Shown here: one piece after another, positions 26,685 through 36,942 of the stretch
How positions within the stretch are numbered: the stretch's first letter is position 1
Layout: every line of letters begins with the position of its first letter
Assembly: GCA_965232515.1 (NCBI GenBank)
Contig: CBDDPY010000002.1
Coordinates: 2,528,001-2,592,000, forward strand
DNA length: 64,000 nt
Reading direction: 5' to 3'
From: Alphaproteobacteria bacterium
Lineage (GTDB): Bacteria; Pseudomonadota; Alphaproteobacteria; GCA-2731375
Translations under genes and position numbers: made by a program
Notes under the pieces: generated by a model
Database searches by the model: none
Told to the model about the DNA's origin: nothing
What the model saw: the letters and a program-made list of their open reading frames with translations, nothing else

Positions 26685-26840
26685 GCCGCGATCAACCGGC
26701 GCGGCCGCGTATCATTTCGACACTTATCGAAATGATGCAAAGCATTGAATCCACGGGATTCGTTTTCCTTGACGCTCGTGTGCATGGGGTTGTTCCGTGA
26801 TCCCGCGCGCGCGACACCCCCCCCCTTTCCTGAACACCGG

Positions 26841-29800
26841 TCAGGCCGCGTCGTCCAGCACCACCAGCAGGTCCTTGGCGTCGACCTGCATGCCGGCCTC
26901 GGCGACGACGCGGGCGACGGTGCCGTCGCGGTCGGCGGCGACCGTGGTCTGCATCTTCATGGCCTCGATGTCCAGCAGCGCATCGCCGCGCTGCACGCGC
27001 TGGCCCTCGTTGACCGCGACGCGGACGATCAGGCCCGGCATCGGCGCGCCGACATGGCCGTCGTTGTTGGCGTCCGCCTTGGGATGCGCCTTGCGGGTCG
27101 GCGCCGCCTTGCGGTCGACCACCTTGATCGAGCGCGGCTGGCCGTTCAGCTCGAAGAACACGCGCACCTCACCGTCCTCGTCCGTCTCGCCGACGGTGAG
27201 GAACCGGATGATGATGTCCTTGCCGCGCTCGAGCGCCACGGTGATCTCCTCGCCGCTTTCGAGGCCGTAGAAGAAGGCCGGCGTCGGCAGGATCGAGACA
27301 TCGCCAAAGTGCCGCCGGTGCTCGCAATAGCCGGTGAAGACGTCCGGGTACATGAGATACGAGGCGAACTCGTTGTCGCTGATGTGCCGCTCGGCCTTGT
27401 GCTCGGCCTCTTTCCGCAGCGCGTCGAGATCGGCCGCCGGCATGCTGGCGCCGGGCCGGCCGCTGATCGGCGTCTCGCCCTTCAGCACCTTCGACTGCAG
27501 GGCCGGCGGCAGGCCGCCCGGCGGCTGGCCCAGCTCGCCGCGGAAGAAGCCGACCACCGATTCCGGAAATGCGATGTCTTTCTCCGGGTCGATGACGTCG
27601 TCGGGCGTCAGGCCGCTCGAGACCATCATCAGCGCCATGTCGCCCACCACCTTCGACGAGGGCGTCACCTTGACGATGTCGCCGAACAGCTGGTTGACCT
27701 GCGCGTAGGCGAGCGCCACTTCCGGCCAGCGCTTCTCAAGACCCAGCGCGCGCGCCTGCTGCCGCAAATTGGTGTACTGTCCACCCGGCATCTCGTGCAG
27801 ATAGACCTCCGACGCGCCCGAACGGATGTCGCTCTCGAAGGCCGCGTAGTTGCCGCGCACCGCCTCCCAGTATGTCGACAGCCGGCGGATCGCCTCCGGG
27901 TCCAGGCCGGGGTCGCGCGGACCGTGGCGGAGCGCCTGCACGATCGAGCCCAGGTTCGGCTGCGAGGTCAGGCCGCTCATCGAATCCATCGCCGCGTCGA
28001 CCGCGTCGGCGCCCGCCTCGACGGCGGCCAGCACGCTCGCTGCCGAAATGCCGCTGGTGTCATGCGTGTGGAAGTGGATCGGCAGCCCAATCTCCTGCTT
28101 CAGCGCCCGGACCAGCGTCGCCGCCGCCGTCGGGTTGCAGAGCCCGGCCATGTCCTTGATGCCGAGGATGTGCGCGCCCGCGGCCTCGAGCTCTTTCGCC
28201 ATGTCGACGTAATAGGCGAGATCGTATTTCGGCCGCTCCGGATCGGTGAGGTCGCCGGTGTAGCAGATCGCCGCCTCGCAGAGCTTGCCGGTCTCGCGCA
28301 CGGCGTCGATGGCGACGCGCATGTTCTCGACCCAGTTCAAAGAATCGAAAATGCGGAACAGGTCGACGCCGCCGTCGGCCGCGCGCTCGACGAAATAGCG
28401 CACCACGTTGTCGGGATAGTTGGTGTAGCCGACCCCGTTCGACGCCCGGAGCAGCATCTGCTGCAACAGGTTCGGCATGCCCTCGCGCAGCCGCTCGAGG
28501 CGATCCCAAGGGCACTCCTTCAAAAATCGCATGGCGACGTCGAACGTGGCCCCGCCCCAGCTCTCGACCGACAGCAGCTCCGGCAGCAGCCGGGCGTAGG
28601 CCGGCGCGATGTCGACCATGTCCGCGCTGCGGAAGCGGGTCGCCAGCAGCGACTGGTGCGCGTCGCGGAATGTGGTGTCGGTGACCAGCACCTGTTCCTG
28701 GTCCAGCATCCAGCTCGCGAAGCCCTCGGGCCCGAGTTCTTCCAACCGCTGGCGGCTGCCGGGTGGCGGGTCGTCGCCGAGGTCGCAGTCCGGCGGCTCG
28801 GCCATGCGGAGCTGCGCCGGCCGCGGCCGGTCGGCGACCTCGGGGTTGCCGTTCACCAGGACGTCACCGATGAAGTTCAACAGCCGTGTCGCCCGGTCGC
28901 GCCGGCGCGGGAAGCGGAACAGGGCATCCGTCTCGTCGATGAACCGCGTCGTGTAGCTCGCGTCCTTGAAGCTCGGATGGTTGATCAGGGTCTCGACGAA
29001 GCGCAGGTTGGTCGAGACGCCGCGCACGCGGAACTCGCGCAGCGCCCGGTCCATGCGCACGCGTGTCTCCTCCGCCGTGCGGCCCCAGGCCGTGACCTTG
29101 ACCAGCAGCGAGTCGTAGAACCGGGTGATGCGCGCGCCGGAATAGGCCGTGCCGGCGTCGAGCCGGATGCCGAAGCCGGCGGCGCTGCGATAGGCGGTGA
29201 TGCGGCCGTAATCGGGGATGAAGTTGTTCTCCGGGTCCTCCGACGTGACCCGGCACTGCATGGCGTGACCGTAGAGGTGGATATCGTCCTGCAACGGCAG
29301 GTCGGTGCCCGGTGCGCCCAGCTTCGCGCCTTCGGCGACGCGGATCTGTGCCTTGATCAGGTCGACGCCGGTGACGCATTCGGTGACCGTGTGCTCGACC
29401 TGAATACGCGGGTTCACCTCGATGAAATAGAAGTCGCCGGTATCGGCGTCCTGCAGGAACTCGACCGTGCCGGCGGCCTGATAACCGACCGTGCGCGCGA
29501 GCTTCAGCGCCGCGTCGCAGAAGGCCTGGCGCTGCGCGTCGTCCAGATAGATCGCCGGCGCCCGCTCGACGACCTTCTGGTGCCGGCGCTGCACCGAGCA
29601 GTCGCGCTCATAGAGGTGCACGACGTTGCCGTGGAAGTCGCCCAGGATCTGCACCTCCACATGGCGCGCCCGCTCGACCAGCTTCTCGAAATAGACCTCG
29701 TCGTTGCCGAAGCCGGCCTGGGCCTCGCGCCGGGCGGCGCTGACCTGGTCCAGCACCTCGTCGCTCCCGCGGATCACCCGCATGCCGCGGCCGCCGCCGC

Positions 29801-30305
29801 CCCAGCTCGCCTTCAGCATGACGGGATAGCCGATGCCTTCGGCCAGCCGCTTGATCTCGGCGTCGTCGTGCGGCAGCGGATCGGTGGCCGGCATCACCGG
29901 CACGCCCGCCTCGATGGCGAGATTGCGGGCTGCCACCTTGTTGCCGAGCCGCCGCATCACGTCGGGCGTCGGGCCGACGAACGTCACGCCGGCCGCGGCG
30001 CAGGCCTCGGCGAACTCCGGGTTCTCGGACAGAAAGCCGTAACCCGGATGCACGGCGTCGACATGAGCCTCGCGGCAGACGCGGACGATATCGTCAATCG
30101 AGAGATAGGCCTCGACCGGCCCCATGCCCTTGCCGACCTGATAGCTCTCGTCGGCCTTGGTGCGGTGCAGGGCGAAGCGGTCCTCGTCGGAAAAAATCGC
30201 CACCGTGGTGATGCCGAGCTCGGTCGCCGCCCGCATCACCCGGATCGCGATCTCGCCCCGGTTGGCGACCAGCAGCCGCCGAATCTTCCTGCCCCGATAG
30301 GTCAT
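26841..30305 (-). CDS. pyc: Pyruvate carboxylase
   Basis: Biotin carboxylase (ANRGEIAIR, GGGGRGMR, RDCSVQRRHQK), carboxyltransferase (DTTFRDAHQSL, HEMPGGQYTNL), biotinyl EAMKM. Confidence 0.97.
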   Translation of the reverse strand: MTYRGRKIRRLLVANRGEIAIRVMRAATELGITTVAIFSDEDRFALHRTKADESYQVGKGMGPVEAYLSIDDIVRVCREAHVDAVHPGYGFLSENPEFAEACAAAGVTFVGPTPDVMRRLGNKVAARNLAIEAGVPVMPATDPLPHDDAEIKRLAEGIGYPVMLKASWGGGGRGMRVIRGSDEVLDQVSAARREAQAGFGNDEVYFEKLVERARHVEVQILGDFHGNVVHLYERDCSVQRRHQKVVERAPAIYLDDAQRQAFCDAALKLARTVGYQAAGTVEFLQDADTGDFYFIEVNPRIQVEHTVTECVTGVDLIKAQIRVAEGAKLGAPGTDLPLQDDIHLYGHAMQCRVTSEDPENNFIPDYGRITAYRSAAGFGIRLDAGTAYSGARITRFYDSLLVKVTAWGRTAEETRVRMDRALREFRVRGVSTNLRFVETLINHPSFKDASYTTRFIDETDALFRFPRRRDRATRLLNFIGDVLVNGNPEVADRPRPAQLRMAEPPDCDLGDDPPPGSRQRLEELGPEGFASWMLDQEQVLVTDTTFRDAHQSLLATRFRSADMVDIAPAYARLLPELLSVESWGGATFDVAMRFLKECPWDRLERLREGMPNLLQQMLLRASNGVGYTNYPDNVVRYFVERAADGGVDLFRIFDSLNWVENMRVAIDAVRETGKLCEAAICYTGDLTDPERPKYDLAYYVDMAKELEAAGAHILGIKDMAGLCNPTAAATLVRALKQEIGLPIHFHTHDTSGISAASVLAAVEAGADAVDAAMDSMSGLTSQPNLGSIVQALRHGPRDPGLDPEAIRRLSTYWEAVRGNYAAFESDIRSGASEVYLHEMPGGQYTNLRQQARALGLEKRWPEVALAYAQVNQLFGDIVKVTPSSKVVGDMALMMVSSGLTPDDVIDPEKDIAFPESVVGFFRGELGQPPGGLPPALQSKVLKGETPISGRPGASMPAADLDALRKEAEHKAERHISDNEFASYLMYPDVFTGYCEHRRHFGDVSILPTPAFFYGLESGEEITVALERGKDIIIRFLTVGETDEDGEVRVFFELNGQPRSIKVVDRKAAPTRKAHPKADANNDGHVGAPMPGLIVRVAVNEGQRVQRGDALLDIEAMKMQTTVAADRDGTVARVVAEAGMQVDAKDLLVVLDDAA

Positions 30306-30448
30306 GGCCCTCTCCACACTGACGCCGATGCCCGGATTTTCCCCCGGCGAATGATGGCAGGCGCCAAGCCGGTTGTCACGGCGGCCGCATTCGCTGCTAT
30401 ATGTCCTCGTGTCACGGAAACGACATTTATTCGAGAGAGCGTAGCTAC

Positions 30449-32389
30449 ATGCCGGATCGACCGGATCAATCCCGCCCCGCCCCCGCCTTTCGCCGGGTCA
30501 TCCTGACGCTGGCGCTCGGCCTCGGCCTTGCCATGCCGGCAGCGAACGGTCTGGGCGAGGCGCGTTATGTCGAGACGCCGGTTCTGGTGGATGCCATCGC
30601 CACCGGGGCGCTGCCGCCGGTCGAGGAACGACTGCCCAGCCGTCCCCGCATCGTCACGTTCGACCGCGAGGGGCTGGCGCCCGGCAAACATGGCGGCGAG
30701 CTGCGCACGCTGATCCGCAACGGCAAGGACGTGAAGCTTCTGGTCGTTTACGGCTACGCCCGCCTGGTCGGCTACACGCCCGATTTCGAGCTGGTGCCCG
30801 ATATTCTTGAGGACGTCGAGGTCGAGGAAGGCCGGATCTTCACGCTCAGGCTGCGGCCCGGCCACAAATGGTCTGACGGCCACGCGTTCACATCGGAGGA
30901 CTTCCGCTACTGGTGGGACGACGTCGCCAACAACCCGGACCTGTCACCCAAAGGTCTGCCCAGGTCCATGCTGCTGGACGGCGCTGCGCCACGCTTCGAG
31001 GTGCTGGACAAGTGGACCGTGCGCTACACCTGGGACCGGCCGAACCCGTTCTTCCTGCCGCGCCTGGCCGCCGCCTCGCCGCTCTTTGTCTACCGGCCGG
31101 CACACTATCTGCGGCAGTTTCATGAACGCTACGGCGACCCGCAGGCGCTGGCTAGCGCGGTGAAGGCGGCGAAGGTCCGCAACTGGGCGGCGCTGCACGA
31201 CCGGCGCGACAATCTCTACCTCTTCAACAATCCCGACCAGCCGACGCTGCAGCCCTGGATCGTGCGCAACGCCCCGCCGTCGACCCGGTTCGTCGCCGAG
31301 CGCAATCCATTCTTCCATCGCGTGGACGAGGCCGGCCGGCAATTGCCCTATATCGACCGCGTCGTGCTGGCGGTGACGGCAAGCGCGCTGATCCCCGCAA
31401 AGGCAGCGGCCGGGGACAGCGACCTGCAAAGCCGCGGCCTGTCGTTTCAGGACTACGCGCTGTTGCAGGAGAATGCCGCGCGCAGCAGCTACCGGCCGCT
31501 GCTGTGGCGCGAGGCCAGCGGCGCGCAGATCGCCCTGTTCCCGAACCTGAACGTCAACGACCCGGTCTGGCGCAAGCTGCTGCAGGACGTGCGCTTCCGG
31601 CGCGCGCTGAGCCTCGCCATCGACCGCTACGCGGTGAACGAGTTCCTGTTCTTCGGCCTCGGCCGCGAGAGCAACAACACAGTGCTGAAGGAAAGCCCGC
31701 TCTATCGGCCGGAGTATCAGACGTCCTGGACCGAGCACGACCCCGGCCGCGCGAACGCGCTGCTGGACGAGCTCGGGCTGACCGAACGGAACGCCGAGGG
31801 CACCCGGCTGCTGCCCGACGGCCGGCCGCTGCAGATCGTCGTCGAGACCGCCGGCGAGCAGACGACCCAGGTCGATTTTCTCGAGCTGATCGAGCAGAAC
31901 TGGAACGAGGTCGGCGTCAAGCTGTTCAGCAAACCGTCGCACCGCGCCACGCTGCGCGCGCGGGTGTCGAGCGGCGAGACCATGATGTCCGTCTGGACCG
32001 GCCTGTTGAACGCAGTGCCGACGGCGGACAGCAGCCCCGAGGAGCTGGTACCGAGCAGCCGGATCGATTTTCAATGGCCGAAATGGGGCCTCTACGAGGA
32101 AACCGGCGGCACCTCGGGCGAGCCGGTCGATCTGGCGGAAGTGAAAGAGCTGCTGCGGTTGAACACGGCCTGGCTGGCCGCCACCGACCGCGACAGCCGC
32201 GCGACGATCTGGCACCAGATGCTGCGGATCCACGCCGAGCAGATCTTCTCCATCGGCGTCATCTCGGGCGTGCGCCAGCCGGTCGTGGTCTCGAACCGGC
32301 TGATGAACGTGCCCACCGAGGCGATTTACAATTGGGACCCCGGCGCCATCATCGGCGTCTACCGGCCCGACACCTTCTGGTTCAAGTGA
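30449..32389 (+). CDS. Family 5 (peptide/nickel) ABC substrate-binding protein, no adjacent permeases
   Basis: LPPVEERLP, LRPGHKWSDGHAFTSEDF, GRQLPYIDRV, VRFRRALSLAIDR. Confidence 0.88.
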   Translation: MPDRPDQSRPAPAFRRVILTLALGLGLAMPAANGLGEARYVETPVLVDAIATGALPPVEERLPSRPRIVTFDREGLAPGKHGGELRTLIRNGKDVKLLVVYGYARLVGYTPDFELVPDILEDVEVEEGRIFTLRLRPGHKWSDGHAFTSEDFRYWWDDVANNPDLSPKGLPRSMLLDGAAPRFEVLDKWTVRYTWDRPNPFFLPRLAAASPLFVYRPAHYLRQFHERYGDPQALASAVKAAKVRNWAALHDRRDNLYLFNNPDQPTLQPWIVRNAPPSTRFVAERNPFFHRVDEAGRQLPYIDRVVLAVTASALIPAKAAAGDSDLQSRGLSFQDYALLQENAARSSYRPLLWREASGAQIALFPNLNVNDPVWRKLLQDVRFRRALSLAIDRYAVNEFLFFGLGRESNNTVLKESPLYRPEYQTSWTEHDPGRANALLDELGLTERNAEGTRLLPDGRPLQIVVETAGEQTTQVDFLELIEQNWNEVGVKLFSKPSHRATLRARVSSGETMMSVWTGLLNAVPTADSSPEELVPSSRIDFQWPKWGLYEETGGTSGEPVDLAEVKELLRLNTAWLAATDRDSRATIWHQMLRIHAEQIFSIGVISGVRQPVVVSNRLMNVPTEAIYNWDPGAIIGVYRPDTFWFK

Positions 32390-32406
32390 CAAGGGGAGCT
32401 TGGACG

Positions 32407-33705
32407 ATGCACTATGATGCGATCATCATCGGCGCCGGCATCATCGGCGCCTGCACGGCTTATGAACTGTCGAAGCGCGGCTATCGCACGCTGAACGTCG
32501 ACAAGCTGCCGGCGGCGGGCTACGGCTCGACAGGCAGCTCGTGCGCCATCATCCGCACACATTACTCGACGCTCGACGGCTCGGCGCTGGCCTACGAGGG
32601 CTACCACTACTGGACCGACTGGCCCGGCTATATCGGTGTCGACGACGAGCGCGGCCTGGCCAGGTTCCACGAGACCGGCTGCATCGTCATGAAGACCGAG
32701 CTCAACAGCTATCTCGAGCCGATCTGCCGCACCATGGACGAGATCGGCGTGCCCTGGCATGACCTGGGCCCGGCCGACGTCAAGGCGAAGCTGCCGATCT
32801 ACGACCTGCACCGCTTTGGCCCCGTGAAGCTGCCGGACGATCCCGGCTTCGGCGAGGCGACCGGCGAGGCGCTGGCCGGCGCGGTGCTGTTCCCGAAGGC
32901 CGGCTATATCAGCGACCCGCAGCTCGCGACCCACAACGTGCAACGCGCGGTCGAGGCGACGGGCGGCGAGTTCCTGTTCAACGCGGAGGTCACCGCCATC
33001 CGGCAGGCCGACGGCCGCGTTTGCGGCATCAGCCTCGCCGACGGCCGCGACATCGACGCGCCTGTTGTCGTCAACGTCGCCGGACCGCATTCCTTCAAGA
33101 TCAACCAATTGGCCGGCGTCGAGGCCGGCATGAACATCAAGACACGCGCGCTGCGCCAAGAGGTGGCGCACGTGCCCTCGCCGGTCGGCTTCGATTTCGA
33201 GGCCGACGGCTTCGTGATCTCGGACAGCGATATCGGTTGTTACAGCCGGCCGGAGCTGGGCAATCACATCCTGATCGGCAGCGAAGATCCGGAATGCGAC
33301 GACCGCGAATGGGTCGATCCCGACGACTACAACCGCGAATTCACGGCGCAATGGCAGACCCAGGTCTATCGCGCCGCCCAGCGCATCCCCAGCCTCGGCA
33401 TCCCGAACCAGACCAAGGGCGTGGTCGATCTCTACGACGTGTCGGACGACTGGATCCCGATCTACGACAAGTCGGACCTGCCGGGCTTCTACATGGCGGT
33501 CGGCAGCAGCGGTAATCAGTTCAAGAACGCGCCTGTCGCCGGCGCCATGATGGCGGAGCTGATCCTGGCCTGCGAAGGCGGGCGCGATCACGACGCCGAG
33601 CCCGTGCGCTTCGCGCTCCGGCACATTGGCCGCGAGGTCGATATCGGCTTCTATTCCCGCCGGCGCGAAATCAACCGGGAGAGCAGCTTCTCGGTGCTCG
33701 GTTAG
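32407..33705 (+). CDS. FAD-dependent oxidoreductase (DAO / sarcosine oxidase beta-like)
   Basis: IIIGAGIIG, GSTGSSCAIIR, LYDVSDDWIPIYD, SSGNQFKNAP; GGGGAG RBS. Confidence 0.88.
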   Translation: MHYDAIIIGAGIIGACTAYELSKRGYRTLNVDKLPAAGYGSTGSSCAIIRTHYSTLDGSALAYEGYHYWTDWPGYIGVDDERGLARFHETGCIVMKTELNSYLEPICRTMDEIGVPWHDLGPADVKAKLPIYDLHRFGPVKLPDDPGFGEATGEALAGAVLFPKAGYISDPQLATHNVQRAVEATGGEFLFNAEVTAIRQADGRVCGISLADGRDIDAPVVVNVAGPHSFKINQLAGVEAGMNIKTRALRQEVAHVPSPVGFDFEADGFVISDSDIGCYSRPELGNHILIGSEDPECDDREWVDPDDYNREFTAQWQTQVYRAAQRIPSLGIPNQTKGVVDLYDVSDDWIPIYDKSDLPGFYMAVGSSGNQFKNAPVAGAMMAELILACEGGRDHDAEPVRFALRHIGREVDIGFYSRRREINRESSFSVLG

Positions 33706-34313
33706 CCCGACGTCCAGCGACGCCGCGCCAGGCCTAGGCCGAGCAGACCGATACCGAAAAGACCGATGCCCATCGGTTCGGCAACGATGATCTGACCCCG
33801 GATTTCCCCCGACTGATAGTCATCCGTGTGGACGTTGTAGTAGAGGTTGCCGTTCAACAGATCTTCGATCATGGCGGTGAAGGCGCCATCGTCGACAATA
33901 AGTTGAAAGCCCACCGTCGTGGCGCCGTCGAGGATGTCGCTGAACGTGCCGTCAGCGCCGACATTCACGACGATCGGACCGTTCGACCCGGCGGGCGCCA
34001 GGTGAATATGCACCGGGCTGCCGCCGACATCGAACAGCTCGGGCTGGGTGATGCCCAGCACGGACAATGTCAGATCGTAAAGCCCGGTCTCGGTATCGAC
34101 ACGCAGCGACGCCGTCCCGGTCGCATCGCTCGGCACCGGGTTCGACGGCATGACCTCCTGAAAGAAGTCGAGGCTGGTATCGACCGAAATGACGGCGGCC
34201 TGTGCCGGCCGCGCCAGGACAAACGCCGCGATCACCATCCCCGCCAGCATCGCGCTATGGATGGCGCGACCGAAGCGCGCCTGCCGACGTCGCTGAAACT
34301 GCAAGTTGGGCAT
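33702..34313 (-). CDS. CHRD domain protein with a PEP-CTERM-like tail
   Basis: HIHLAPAGSNGPIV, LYYNVHTDDYQSGEIRGQI; tail VAEPMGIGLFGIGLLGLGLARRR; start uncertain. Confidence 0.82.
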   Translation of the reverse strand: MPNLQFQRRRQARFGRAIHSAMLAGMVIAAFVLARPAQAAVISVDTSLDFFQEVMPSNPVPSDATGTASLRVDTETGLYDLTLSVLGITQPELFDVGGSPVHIHLAPAGSNGPIVVNVGADGTFSDILDGATTVGFQLIVDDGAFTAMIEDLLNGNLYYNVHTDDYQSGEIRGQIIVAEPMGIGLFGIGLLGLGLARRRWTSG

Positions 34314-34467
34314 GGGCTTGCACCTCCGCTGCAGCAGGTATCGCCAACGTCGGTTCAAGTTGGCGAACCGGCATCCCACTCGATGCGACGATGCTAGGGG
34401 GCGGTTACGAAGGATCGTGTGATCAGCGTGTGTCTTTGCTGCGGCGCAGCATTAGCGGGATCGTTTA

Positions 34468-35127
34468 TTAGCGCCAGGCCCATTCCGGCTGGTCGTAGCC
34501 GTCGACGCGCGTGCCGCGGCCGTGCAGGGCGACCTCGCGAAACTGATAGAGCACGGCCGCGGTCGGCGCATGGATCTGACTGTCGCCGATCAGGACCTTG
34601 ATGATCGGCCTGACATCGTGCGGATTGGCGACGAACTGCGGCGAGTCCGGCCGGTCCAGCTCGGTCAGCGGAATGCGATGGATGGCCGCAACCTCGTCGG
34701 GGTTGGCGACCAGATCGCCGCCCCGGTCGGTCCAGGCGACGACCGGCGTGATCAGATAGCCGGAACGCGTCGGATAGTCGTCGAGCTGGCCGATGACTGC
34801 TGACGGCGGCAGTGCGAGGCCGATCTCCTCGGCGATTTCGCGGCGGGCGGCCTGCACGATCGTTTCGCCGGCGTCGAGACGGCCACCCGGCAACGCCCAT
34901 TGGCCGGAATGCCGCCGCAGGCCGGTCGCGCGGCGAGTCAGAATCAGCGCGGCGTCGCCGTCGTCCATACCGACCAGCAGCACCGTCACCGCCGCGCGCT
35001 TCAAGCCGTTGTCGGACCGCTGTTGGACATCAAAGGCGGCGACGTTCGCCGAGATCCGCCGATGCAGCGCCGCGTCGAAGCGGTAGGTTGGCGCGAATGT
35101 ATCCTCGCTCGATGGCATGTCAGGCAT
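34468..35127 (-). CDS. NUDIX hydrolase (CoA pyrophosphatase, NudL-like)
   Basis: LTRRATGLRRHSGQWALPGGR...AARREIAEEIG, NPDEVA. Confidence 0.88.
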   Translation of the reverse strand: MPDMPSSEDTFAPTYRFDAALHRRISANVAAFDVQQRSDNGLKRAAVTVLLVGMDDGDAALILTRRATGLRRHSGQWALPGGRLDAGETIVQAARREIAEEIGLALPPSAVIGQLDDYPTRSGYLITPVVAWTDRGGDLVANPDEVAAIHRIPLTELDRPDSPQFVANPHDVRPIIKVLIGDSQIHAPTAAVLYQFREVALHGRGTRVDGYDQPEWAWR

Positions 35128-35199
35128 GGCGGCTCGATCCTTCCGGCGCCTGTTGGAGCAGGAAATGCCGCACCTCGTCAATCGCAGAAGACGATCGGT

Positions 35200-35784
35200 T
35201 CAGCGACCAGCCACCAGGTTCTCGCCCACCGCCGCGCGACAGGCATCGAGAATGTTGGTTGCCAATGCATCGTCGTGCACGCCGCGGGCGACGATCAGCC
35301 CGCCGACGCAGAGCGCGATGCTCGCCAGGATGCGCGGATCGCGACTGTCCGCATCCGGCAGGCCGCGGGCGAACTCGCCGGCCAGTTCCTCGACCTTGTG
35401 TGTGTAGGCCTCGCGCACCGGACGTCCGGCGCGCGCCACGTCGACCGAGAGCGAGGCCATGGCGCAGCCCTGTCCGACGCGGCGCCGGTTGTCGGGGTGC
35501 AGATAGCCTGCCACCACCTCGAGCGCCTGTTGCGTCAGCTCAGCCGACGTTTCACCGTCGCGCGCCTGCAGGCGCTTGTTGAAGTCGTGCTCCCCGCGCA
35601 TCACCTCGGCGAACAGCTCGGCCTTCGAGCGGAAATAACCGTAGAAGCCGCCACGTGTCAGCTTTGCCGCCGCCATGATGCCGTCGATGCCGACGCCGGC
35701 ATAGCCGAAGCGGCGGAACAGACGACCGGCCTGCTGCACGATGCGCGCCTTGGTCTGCTGCTTGTGTTCCGGCCGGTACCGCAT
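35200..35784 (-). CDS. TetR/AcrR family regulator
   Basis: GYAGVGIDGIMAAAKLTRGGFYGYFRSKAEL. Confidence 0.9.
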   Translation of the reverse strand: MRYRPEHKQQTKARIVQQAGRLFRRFGYAGVGIDGIMAAAKLTRGGFYGYFRSKAELFAEVMRGEHDFNKRLQARDGETSAELTQQALEVVAGYLHPDNRRRVGQGCAMASLSVDVARAGRPVREAYTHKVEELAGEFARGLPDADSRDPRILASIALCVGGLIVARGVHDDALATNILDACRAAVGENLVAGR

Positions 35785-35807
35785 ATCCGGTTCTCCCGTA
35801 TCACTCT

Positions 35808-35852
35808 TTACATGTCGACTGTACTGCAATTAGCATGTCGATCAACATGTAA
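35808..35852. promoter_or_regulatory. Putative TetR operators
   Basis: Repeated CATGTCGA and an imperfect palindrome CATGTCGATCAACATG in the divergent TetR/GST spacer. Confidence 0.5.
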
Positions 35853-35864
35853 TAAGGGAGGCGG

Positions 35865-36635
35865 ATGATGGAACCGGCCGTCGAGCTGCTGCAGTTTCCC
35901 TATTCCCACTTCAACGAAAAGGTGCGCTGGGCGCTGGACTTCAAACAGGTGCCGCATCGGCGGCAGAGCTATCTGCCCGGGCCGCATATTCCGGCCATCC
36001 GCCGCCTGACCGGCCAGACCAAGACGCCTGTCGTGCGGTTCGGCGATACGCTCGTGCACGGTACGGCGCGCATCATCGACGAGCTGGAAACGCGGTATGC
36101 CGAACCGCCGCTTTACCCCGAGGCGCCTGATCAGCGCGAACGCGCGCTCGAACTACAACACTGGTTCGACGAGGACGTCGGGCCGGCCGTGCGCTGCGCG
36201 CTGTTCGCGGAGATGATCGGCGAGCTTGGTTATCTCAGCCGCCTATTCGCCGGCGAAAAGAGCCTTTTGGTGCGCGCGCTTTACCGCAGCAGTCTGCCGT
36301 TCGTTCGGGGTCTTATGCGCAAGGGAAACGGCGTGACCGGTCCGGACGCCGTCGCTGCCGCACGGACCCGCACACGCGAAGCGCTCGACTTCGTGGCGCG
36401 CGAAACCGCCGACAGCGGCTATCTCGTCGGCGACCGGTTCAGCGTCGCCGACCTGACGGCGGCGGCCCTGCTAGCGCCCGCGGCCAACCCGCCGGGCGTG
36501 CCGACGATCAGCAAACCGGAACCCATGCCCGCCAGCGTCAAGGCCTGGCACGACGAATGGGCCGACCACCCCGGCGTCGCCTGGGTGCACGCGCAGTTCG
36601 CGCGGCACCGCCCGGCGTCCGCGGCCATTTCCTGA
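35865..36635 (+). CDS. Glutathione S-transferase family protein
   Basis: FPYSHFNEKVRWALDFK, YLVGDRFSVADLTAAALL. Confidence 0.9.
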   Translation: MMEPAVELLQFPYSHFNEKVRWALDFKQVPHRRQSYLPGPHIPAIRRLTGQTKTPVVRFGDTLVHGTARIIDELETRYAEPPLYPEAPDQRERALELQHWFDEDVGPAVRCALFAEMIGELGYLSRLFAGEKSLLVRALYRSSLPFVRGLMRKGNGVTGPDAVAAARTRTREALDFVARETADSGYLVGDRFSVADLTAAALLAPAANPPGVPTISKPEPMPASVKAWHDEWADHPGVAWVHAQFARHRPASAAIS

Positions 36636-36663
36636 GGATGTGGATCAGCGGCGGTGTCTTCCG

Positions 36664-36747
36664 TCAGAAATACGCCTGACCGATGTGATACACCACCAGC
36701 GCCAGTGCGATCGCGCCCGCGATCCCGGCGACATAATGATACAGCAT
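36664..36747 (-). CDS. Putative 27-aa membrane peptide (MLYHYVAGIAGAIALALVVYHIGQAYF)
   Basis: GGGAGG RBS ~10 nt upstream of ATG; a single hydrophobic helix; below the ORF-track cutoff. Confidence 0.55.
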   Translation of the reverse strand: MLYHYVAGIAGAIALALVVYHIGQAYF

Positions 36748-36942
36748 TGCTCAGCGGCCTCCCGACCCGACCTGCAGGCTGTGTCATTATTGTGGCGCTA
36801 ATTGTCAGATTTGCCAGACCGTGCGCGATAATGCCCTGAATTTGTCACAGACGACGTTCGCGTGCGCAAATCGGAGCATCGAAAACAAATTGATGAGGGT
36901 ATTGCTTCCATCCTCCAACCACCTCAGAAGGCTAAGGGTGGT

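Noticed and set aside
26817-26825. C9 homopolymer as a phase-variation tract
   Set aside because: Lies between convergent gene ends, not in a promoter or CDS.
26745-30506. 1253-aa plus-strand ORF and many similar long antisense ORFs (e.g. 3648-5303, 58863-60755)
   Set aside because: Shadow frames of real high-GC genes (pyc, aconitase, ftsH); no recognisable motifs.
31504-33705. Apparent 733-aa fusion ahead of the FAD oxidoreductase
   Set aside because: The N-part is an out-of-frame overlap with the SBP gene; the real start is ATG32407 with an RBS.
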